The translations under genes were made by a program, and so were the position numbers. A DNA stretch of 64,000 nt from Vitrella brassicaformis CCMP3155 (lineage: Eukaryota; Protista; Chromerida): contig CDMY01001000.1 of NCBI GenBank assembly GCA_001179505.1, forward strand, positions 1-64,000, read 5' to 3'. The stretch's first letter is position 1. The number at the start of each line of letters is the position of its first letter. This document shows, piece after piece, positions 48,324 to 58,081 of this stretch. Below the pieces are notes generated by a model, which saw only the letters and a program-made list of their open reading frames with translations, ran no database searches and was not told the origin of the DNA.

Positions 48324-50069
48324 CCACGTGGCTCTGCTCTGAATTAGAGCGGCTGTAGTGTGTAGCGACTGTACGTACTCAGTACTTAGTGCACGGTACA
48401 TGAAGCGATTCGATGGATGGATGTGTTGTTCCGAAGCTCAGGGGCAGCCGGAACATCGGTGTTTTCTTGTCTCATTTGCGAGCGATGTTTGGCCGGTTCT
48501 TCTGCCGCTGCCTTTCCTTCGTTTCACCTCCGCGTGGAAGCGATTTCGGTGGGTGCGCAGACAGCATGTATCGACATACCTTCCACGACGATGAGTGACG
48601 GGGGCAGACTGCAGCAGAAGAGACAGGCCGACAGACAGACAGGGACTACTTAGCGTCACGTCGCACAGACAGACAGACAGACAGAGAGACACTGAATCCG
48701 TCTGGGTTCTTCGGGCCTTCTGGTCTGCTGTGTCACGCCACGTCCATGTACGCGTGTGGAGAAGGCCTGAAACAGCCCTTTTCCACGTGGGTGCGCGGAT
48801 GGGGGGCGACACGACAGACAGACCAGTTAAAGCCAACCGCAGAACGGACGGGAGCAAGATATAGCCAGGATGGTCGATCGACCTTAGGTAGAGAGGTATG
48901 TTCTCGGTGTATGTGCTCATGTACTCTATGCGTGTGGGGTGTTGCAACCCACCACAAGTACTGCTCGCCTAGATACGGGTGGCGAGCGTCAGTGGGAAGT
49001 TTTTTCAATCTCTCAGAGAGGCAGCTGATCTGGATGTGTCCACTGACTTACGGTTGGGAGCGATCGCACGGTGAACGACAAGCGATCGCTCTTTGCTGCC
49101 TATCTTTTTTCTGCCAGCCGCACCGCACCGCCACCCTGTTTTCACACACACGCGCACACACACATGCGTAAACACACGCAAATATGGGGTCGGTCTGTCT
49201 ATTTCTCTGATTTGCCCATGAGCCGCACACACAAATGCCATGTGCTTGTCCGTGTGGTTGGCTGCGTCTGCACTCGGTGCGTGCAGTTTTGCCTCAGCTA
49301 GCCAAGGTGTCTTTCTGCATGTGGCATCGTCTGTGTTTGTGGCGGGCGGTGCGTCATCGGCTCCATCTCCCTCACCCTACATCTATCTGTGTATGTTCTG
49401 TACAGATGCATTGCGATGCAGACCCATCCTCTCACTCTCACTGAATGACTCCCTCACTTACTTGCACACTGGTCCGGTCACGCTTTCTGTGTCACTCGTG
49501 CATGTGTGTATTATGCACCCTTGTGTGTCGTGCCTGTCGTGTCATAGTGAGTGGGGAAGGAGTGCATACGTGCATCTGGGGGGGTGGTCCTTCGTGTGAC
49601 AACGACACTGGCGGCTGGCCATGGGGGGCTGGGCTGATTGACTGATGCGTGTGTGGTTGGTTGATGACATTGCGGAAGCGGGCAGCCACTGATTGAGAGC
49701 ACCGACCGTGTGTGGTATGGGTGATCGGTCGGTGCCTTCACTCCGTGTGTGTTTTTTCATGTCCTGCCCGCCATGCAAGACAAAGATACAACTAGCTCAG
49801 CTGCACATTTTGACGCGATAGAAGTGGACGCACTCAATGGTCTGCCAAGGCAATCAGTCACTCTAGATGGCACAAACCCTCAGACACACACACATAGTCA
49901 GAGAGAGAGAGAAGAGAAGGGAGGCGCGAATTCATCAGAATCCGACTCACAAGGCCTCGGGCGAATGGATGTCACACGCGGGCACGTATCTCTCACTCTC
50001 ATCAATCATTGTCGCGTCAAGTCAGTCATTGCGCCAGTCAGTCAGGTGCCTCACTGGTAAGTAGCTATG

Positions 50070-50441
50070 CTACCCCAGGTCCGCCCCGCCGCCTGGCACG
50101 TTGAGGTTCTGCGCCATCTCTGCGCTGGCCTTCATGACGATGGTGTGGGCCTCGTACATTCTGTCCATGCACTTGGCCAGACAGATCTGCTCGTTCTTGG
50201 ACATCCGGTCGCTGAAACGAGACCCGAAACACTTGTCGAAGCACGTCTTGCGCACTTGCTACACACACACACACACACGCACATCAGACAGACAGACATG
50301 ACGGACGTCTTGTTGGTGGCTTACGTTGTTGAGCAATTGGAGTATCATGACGTTGAGGGCGTTCTGTGCCTGGCTCATTTCGGCAGCAGAGGGCGCCGCA
50401 GATCCGCCGCTGCCGAGGCCGCCTGTGCCGAGGGAATCCAT
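50070..50441 (-). CDS. Small Tim mitochondrial intermembrane-space chaperone (Tim13-like, twin CX3C)
   Basis: ...ILQLLNN|VRKTCFDKCFGSRFSDRMSKNEQICLAKCMDRMYEAHTIV. Exact Tim8/9/10/13 subtype not certain. Confidence 0.9.
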
Positions 50442-50669
50442 GAGAAACGTTGATGCAGCGGCAAAGAAGGGGGACTGCACCACAGATCTGTGACCACGCT
50501 GCCTCACAGACGACGAAACGCACACTTTCTGGCGTGCAAGCTCAGCTCGAAGCAAACAGAGGTGAAGGGAGCCAGGTGAGTCAGGACAGCACAGGCAACC
50601 ATAGAATGATCGAGATCTGATCAATATGTGTGTGTCTGTGGCGTGCAGCATCGCGTTGGATCTGTGAGG

Positions 50670-51360
50670 ATGTCATTGTCTGTGAGCAGTCTGTCGGGCC
50701 GTGTGGTGGGTCTGTTTGAGGGCCGCAATGTCTTCACCGATGGCAGTGGGCTGTACATCCTGGTGCAGCAGGGGGACGGCGGCCCTCTCGGCGGCGACAG
50801 AGAGCGGCGGTTTATCCGCAAGACCGACTATGGGCTGATCAGGCTGTTTGACGATGTCAACCTGGACCTACGGCAGCTGGCCAGCAGGTATCTCACACAC
50901 CGTGATGGATGCACTGAATGGCGGCATAGGCAGACATTTGTGTGCCCTCTGCTGTGTGTGTGTCCTTTCGTTGATCAGTGTGGGTGTGGCCAATGGCGGC
51001 GGCGCCACACTGCGTCAGCGGCAGGAGGGATCGTCGTCAGCCCCCAACAGCAACGGCGATGGCTTCAGTGTGAGCCCGTTAGGTAATCGGTATCGCATCG
51101 TCACGGAGGGCACCGGGAGAGTGCCGACACTCAACGACCGCGTCAAGGTTGACGACATCTGGTGGCGGGATGCATTCGACAGCCAGAACAATGCCTTCTT
51201 CGATCGCCGTGGGAAGGTGTGGCTTGCGTCTGATTGGGTTGGGTGCCTCCGTGAGGCGATGCTGTCGATGAGGGAGGGGGAGACGAGGCAAGTCATCATA
51301 CCAGCCGACGACAGATATTATCCCCGCTACGTTCAGCTGCGTTTGGTCAGCATAGAGTAG
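50670..51360 (+). CDS. Family gene G: N-module (near-identical to E) + degenerate FKBP-like domain
   Basis: MSLSVSSLSGRVVGLFEGRNVFTDGSGLYILV..., phase-2 intron, ...YRIVTEGTGRVPTLNDRVKV...MLSMREGETRQVIIP...QLRLVSIE*. Confidence 0.8.
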
Positions 51361-52838
51361 GGGAGTGCCCACACACACAGACGGGGGGCGGCTGTGTGTG
51401 TCACACACTCATGTATGTGGCCGGGGGCTGTTCCATCGTTGACTGTCCGACTGTGTGCTTTGGTTCGGGCGAAGAAGGGCGGGTTAGCCGTAGGGGTATT
51501 TTGTGTGCGTGTCCCGTCTCTCCCCACCGTCTGTTTGTCTGCGATGAGTGGGGGAGTGTGTCATCGGTCGGCCGGCCACAGGCTCTCTCTCTCTCTGTAT
51601 GTGTGCACAGAAATCTTCCCCGGTGTTGATGGAAGGAGGGAGTGCATTGTGATTTCTGTGGTTGAGTGATTCACCGTTGTGTTGTGGCACATTTGGCAGC
51701 ACTTTTGCCGCACACAGGGGACGGGGGGGAAAGCCTCAGGTTTCGTCGCCTCTGACCCTCACTGTCTGCCTGTTTCTCTGTCTGGATGCCATGAGTGGAC
51801 GGATGAGCGAGTGTCCTCTCCGCTGCTGCCTTATCTATCGGTCACACACACACACTCACACACTCTCTCTCCCTCCCTCTGTGCCATCGATGTGGGTCGC
51901 ATTTTGCCACATGAGTGGACGGCAGCAAAGGGCTGGATTTTTATCGCGGCGTTGATGTCTGTCTGTCTGTCTGATTGTCTGCCATGAGTGGATGGATGGG
52001 TGAGTGTGTATCCTTTTCGTGGCTGGTTTATCGATCGGTCGGTCACTCGCAGCTTCTGTGCGTGTATGTGGTGCCCCCGCTCCTTGGTTGTATTGTCTGC
52101 TGCTGTGGTTGTGTGTGTGCGCCTGCCTCTGCCTTTATTCTCCCTGTGTGTGGGGGTCGATCGGTCGCTGAATGGAAGCGACACACGTGTGTGCTGTGTG
52201 CGTGTGCGTGTCCGGTAGACAGACGGACAGACATCCGTGGTGTGCCTGTCTGTCTGGCACATGAGGTATTTTCTGCCAGGTGCTCATGAGTGCATCCCAC
52301 AAAGACAGAAGTTGAAAATTCAACGAAACGCACTAATGCTCGTATGACTGGCTTTCCGGACATACCAATGAGATGATTTTCGAATGTCTGTGCTGACAAG
52401 GTGAGAGCGTTCCCGTTTGTCGCATTGTCGTCACGGAGTTGAGCGGAGGACGATGGACAGATGGACCGATGATGGGAAGCTGGATGGCCAGGGGGTACGT
52501 GTACGCGCGTGGGAGGAGTCGCGAATGGTGCGTTGTCGCATGGGATGCGCTGTTCTTTTCAAGTGCAAGTCAGGCCCGCTCCCCTGCTCGCTCTTCAGCC
52601 ACACTCTCCATCCCTCTACGATTGATTCAATCCACTGACAGAAACACCCAAGCTCGCATCCTCGGCATCGCGGCTGACAATGCAAAACGACTCAGATCTG
52701 CCTGTTACCTCTGCGCACGAGATGTTGAGGATGCCATAGAAGAGATCTCGGTAAGGAGAGAAGGCATCCGACGACAGGGGCTTACGCCAACACGTTGCTG
52801 TGTTCGTGTATGTGCTCAATCAGGTAGTGGATCCATAG

Positions 52839-54709
52839 ATGCAGGCCATGCTGATCTCTGGAGGACGCGTCCGCCGCCCCGCTCCCCTGACAGTCAACCT
52901 GTGTGTTCCGGCGGCCCTCGCCGGGCTGCAAGCATTCATCTACGCCACCATCGGCCAATGGCAGGGCGCCGAGTGCTTCCTGCACTGCCTCATACCGCCG
53001 TGGTCTCTCTATGGACTCATCGCACACACGGCGGCCTGTGCCTGCGGCATTGCCGGCGTCTTAATGGCGGTGATGCAGATGGCCGGGCGGCCGATGTGGC
53101 CGCTGGTTTTGCGAAATGGGCGGTTCTTGCCGTTTGTTAACGCGTCATCGCTGAAGAGCCCGGTGCCGCCGGGGTGCCTTCTGGCGGTATCGGCGACATC
53201 GCCCTCGCGCACTCTGGTGCCCTTGATGGCGCTGTTTGGGCTGCTGCTGCTGCAGAGTGGGCTGTTGGTGTATAGCGCCCTGCTGCTGTTTCGTGTGATT
53301 CCCGCGCGCATGAGGCACGGATGTGATCTCACAGGTACACATGAGAGAACATGGACTGCAATCTTGAAAGACATACACGAGTGCGTGTCACTCACCTCCT
53401 CAGGTCCGTGTGCGTTGAAAAGTTTGGCGGGTCGCCCGTGCACACCGTCTGAGTGGCGGAGGGAGGGGGCGGGGATGCCGGCATCCTCGTTCGTCAACAT
53501 CACGCTCACCACCTATGCCGTGCCCAGCGAGAGCTTCCCAGAGGAAGCCGTCAACAGGATAGAAACCGTCATCCGCACTTATGCGCGTAGCCACACACAC
53601 AGACAGACCCGCAGACACACCCCATCCATCCATCCATTCCATGTGTGTGTGGGTATGTCTGTTCTGTGTGCTCATTAATCAGTGCGTCACGGTCTGTCTT
53701 ATTTCGACGGGCGTACTCTCGGCAATGGCACCACCTGGTGGCACTGGGCATCGCCTTTGTTCGACACAGACCCGCCCCCCGCCACCTTCGGCACTCGCAG
53801 CGACCGAATGCCGCGACACACGTGGGCGAAGCTGCCCTTGTTGGCTCATCTGATCGGCAGCCGGCTGCGTCAGACGGCCTCTGCGGTGACGGCGATGGCT
53901 GACGAGTGGGTCATGTGGCTGGACAGCGATGTGGTCATCATGAACCACCTCTTCTCACTCCAGCCGATCGTCCAGACCGCACTGGTTGGGACAAACACGT
54001 ATCATGTGCACACACATGGGTATCTATCAGGGCGTGGTTGTGATGTGTGTGCTGTGTGTCCACTTAGGCGTTTGACAAGTTTTTGGTTGCGTGTCCGTCC
54101 AACAACGGATGGGACACACTGATAAACGGTCGGTCGGCCAGAGAGACCACACATGGATAGATAGGGGAAGGGTGTGTGTGTGCGCGTGTGGGTGTAGGCA
54201 TGGAGTTCAATGCGGGCGTCATGTTGGTTCGGTGCAGCCACCGGTCGCTGGAGTATCTGCGGCACGTCTGGCGCCACGGCATCTCTCACGGCAGGACACA
54301 TCTCGCCGACCAGCCATCGTACATGTCCGTCATACACAGACCCGCCTTCAGGTACACACACACACATAGGCAGACACATACGGACCTCACTGTGTGTCTG
54401 TGTCGGTGTGTGTGTGTGTGTGTGCAGGGATGGTCTGCTGCTGGTGCCGCGGTGTGTGATGAACAGCAAGCCACACGCGTGGCAAATGTGGCAGAGATAC
54501 ATGAAGGTGCGCACATCCGCCTTGACGAATGATGGCTGGACGACACACACACACAGACACAGGGAGGCCTTGGTGTGTGTGTGTGTGTGTGTCAGGGTGA
54601 CTTCATAGCGCATGCAGCAGGTGACGACTTCAAGGCGGCCCGTCTGCAGGAGTACTCCACCGCCGTGTTAGAGAGGAGACCCCCAAGGCTGTGGACCTAC
54701 TTCGTGTGA
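52839..54709 (+). CDS. GT34 (GMA12/MNN10-type) glycosyltransferase with hydrophobic N-terminal region
   Basis: WAKLPLL, EWVMWLDSDVVIMN (DxD), FNAGVMLVR, ADQPSY, VMNS and GDFIAHAAG. Confidence 0.9.
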
Positions 54710-55262
54710 AGGAATGAGTGAATGGATGGATGTGGAGGCGCATGGGTGCCGTGCGCAGATGTCGTGTAGATAGAGAGATAGACAGACGGCTGATTGCTTG
54801 GTTGGTTGATTGATGTAACTGTATAGGCAGCTGCTGCGACAGACACACTTGATTACGTCTGACTGGTCGGCCTACATCGATATGGATGTCAATATGCAGG
54901 CAGACACGATTAGTTAAAGTCGATGGATGGTCGATAAAGAGCACACGCCATTCGTGTCACTCAGGCAGGCAGGCAGGCCGGCAGGGAGGGAGGGAGGAAA
55001 GAGATAGGGACATCATCGCTCCCACACACACACACACACATACCATCGCGTCGAATAAAAGGGCGCCGCGCGCAGTCAACCCCCCCCCTCTCCCTACAGC
55101 ACACAGGCACCACGAGTGGCAAAATCAGACAGACAATGCATTCCCTCCTGTGCTCAAACCCGAGGCACTCAGTCAGCCAGCCAACGAGGGAAGAGCCCCC
55201 AGCCACACACATGAGTGTGTGACACACAGCCGCCCCCCATGTGTGTGTGTGTGCACTCTCTC

Positions 55263-56937
55263 CTACTCTATGCTGATCAATCGCAGCTGAGCGTAGCGGT
55301 CAATATAGTCGTCTGGCAGTTTGATTTGTCTCACTTCCCCCACACGCATTGACAGCACCGCCTCACGCAGCCACCCACCCATATCAGACACACGATAGAC
55401 CCACCCACGGCGATCGTAGACTCTGCGCTGGCCGTCGAATGCATCACACCACGCAATCCAGTCGTACCTGACGCTGTCGTTGAGTGTCGGCACTCTGCCG
55501 CTGCCCTCCGTGACGATGCGATACCAATCACCAAACGGAATTGAAGTGAAGCCATCACTGTCGCTGCAAAGTGGATGATAAGGACGAATGGCGACACCGG
55601 TCCTCCTAGTTCTGTCCATCGGCGTACCTGGTCTGCTGTGCGCCATGTGGAGTGTCGGTCTTGACAACGCCGTACATGGCCGCGTTGATGTCGAAGGCCG
55701 CCTGCTCTCGGGCGGTGTCCATCTGCAGCGGCACGTTGGCCTCGGCGGGCGAGGCGCCGAGTCGCTGCCGGCGGTGGTGGTCGACGATGCGGCTAATGTG
55801 GTCGGGCTGCACCACATCCACCGGCCCCGGCCACCTAAAGACACACACCACACTCAAACAGCCGCCCGAGTGCATCTCAGCAATGTCCATTGCTCACATG
55901 TCGAATCGATTTATCAGCTCCTGGTTCATGGTATCGACAGTCGACTGAGTAGTGGATATCACCTGACCGCACGCGTCGACAGACCGGATGTGGTCACCGC
56001 CACTCAGAGGCAGCAAGAAGGGCTCGACGGCCTGGGGCAAAGAAATAGCAACGAGATGAGCAACACGCAGCATCGACCCCCTCCCCCTCCTCCCCCTCCC
56101 TCTCTCTCTGTCTGTGCCAATCTCGTCACCTGTATCTCTTTGTTGAGGTGGTCACGTCGTGTGTTGGCGGCCCGCAGCTGTCCCTCCAGCCGGGCCTTTT
56201 CAGCGGCGAACGCCTTCATGATGCCTTCCAGCCTCTTGACGGTGTCGCCCATCTCGGCGGGGATACCCGTGGTGGGCAGCCGCAGGTCGGTGCCAGCACC
56301 GCCACTGGAAGTGGCCTCCGCCGGCGTGGTCTTGTCGAGAGGCGACATCATCAGCTTGACCCAAAAGTCATGAGGACCTGCAACACACAAGCAGCCGGCC
56401 GAAGAAACGAAGGGGGCGGAATGATGATATGATGAAAAGTGTGTCCCCCTCTCGTTGCCTTAACTTACCGGTTTGGTTCCGCTTGGCCGCGTCATCGATC
56501 AGATGTTTGACCGACGCCGCCTTGCCCGAAGTGCGCATCGTCTCGGCGTCGAGGATGGCCTTGTGGATGGCCCTGAAGGCCTCCGAGTCCATGTTGAGGA
56601 ACACCCGCTGCTTGTCGTCCCTGACCAGTCGGCCGTCCCAGCAGCCCGAGCACAACGCCGCCAGCAGAGTGCCCTCCACCCCCTCCCCTTGAGTCAACAG
56701 CTTCCGCTTCACTCGCCACTCGCTGCCGCCCACATTGAGCAGCAGTACGTCATCGGGCGACGCTGCTGAGGGGTCCGATGCGCCGTGCTTGATTCTCTCT
56801 TGCTGGGCGTCCTCGTCGGCTTGGCGGATCTGTGCGTGCAGCTGGCTGATGGCGTCGCAGATGGCCGTCACAGGCACATGCAGCTCATTGAGAATCGCAT
56901 GGGCGCTGAACTGGCGAGCGGCCAACTCGGCCTCCAT
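55263..56937 (-). CDS. Family gene H: BTB + coiled coil + second BTB-like + degenerate FKBP-like domain, 5 exons
   Basis: All four introns keep frame: BTB...QT(G)|PHDFWVK...KEIQ|AVEPFLL...VISTTQSTV...NRFD(M)|WPGP...HISRIVDHHRRQRL...AFDINAAMYGV...QT(S)|DSDGF...YRIVTEGSGRVPTLND...QLRLISIE*. Confidence 0.8.
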
Positions 56938-57315
56938 CGTTTGTCGCGGCGCAACACATCTGTCACACAAGTGCCTGACAACCACAAACACCGATGAGCA
57001 GGTTTTAGTGTTGTTCCATTGTCGTCCTTGCACACCTGATGCCCAACACAAAGGCGATGCCGAAGTCCTTTTTTCTGACTGCGAGCTTAGCCGCGCTGAA
57101 GCGGATCCGATTGCACCAATTGCTGAGGGCCTGAGAGTGGATGAGGGGCTCGCAGCGGGCGGCCCGACACACTTGCTGTGCCGACGCGTCTTTCGATATC
57201 GATTCACTCATTCATTCGTTCACTGTCACGTACATGCATCGCCAGCACGGACAAAGTGTGTGTGTATACGAGTCCATCCATCCATCCATCCATCCATTGG
57301 GTCGCTGATTCCGTG

Positions 57316-57339
<24 letters not shown>

Positions 57340-57351
<12 letters not shown>

Positions 57352-57630
57352 GTGTGTGTCTGATTGGCCGCCGCACCTCAGTGTTCCCTCCCACCACAAA
57401 CATGGACGGAGGCAGAGTGCCCGACAGAACCGAACACACTGCTCACGACCATGATGCAGAGATGGGAGGGCACACTGAGGTGCAGCTTTGAATCAAAGCA
57501 GAGATCACATAGATGCCCCTCACTGTCAGCTCAAAAGCGCCCCTGCGATGGCTAAGCGGATCAGTGTGTCAGTGAGTATACACACAAACGAAGACGGCTC
57601 GTCGTGTCAATGCCGTCTGTCTGTCTGCCG
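57340..57630. repeat. ~290-bp direct repeat, second copy at ~60810-61105
   Basis: Shared ctgattggccgccgca(c/t)ctcagtgttccctccc..ggacggagg..cgacagaaccgaacacactgctcacg..gaggtgcagctttgaa..gagtatacacaca..cgaagacggc. Confidence 0.85.
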
Positions 57631-58081
57631 GATCGCTGGCCGCACAACAGATAGACGAGTTCAATAAAAGTCAGCACACACACACGGCAGATGACATAGA
57701 CACCCCACGTCGATCTTGCCGCCACACGCACACACACAATGGACAAAAGAATAAAAACCACCGCAATCACCACACACACGACAGGCCGACGGATAGCACA
57801 CGCACACACACACGACAATCCCACTCGGCCATCCAACACACGCACTCACGCAGTCAAAGCTCTCTGTCGCTCTCACACACAATCGCGTCGAATGAAAATG
57901 AAACACACACACGGCAGACAGAAACCGCCACATGAGTGTCTGGGTGGCCGACAGACAGACAGACAGCACACTCACTCCTTCGCTCAAAGCCGAGGCACAA
58001 CGAGGGAGGAGCCCCCGGCCGCACACATGAGTGTGACAGACACACACAGCCGCCCCCACGTGTGTGTGTGTGGACTCTCTC

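Noticed and set aside
55895-55900. Apparent premature TGA in gene H (ATG TGA)
   Set aside because: It is a splice donor (AT|gtgagc...ctttag|G) that restores the frame as MWPGP.
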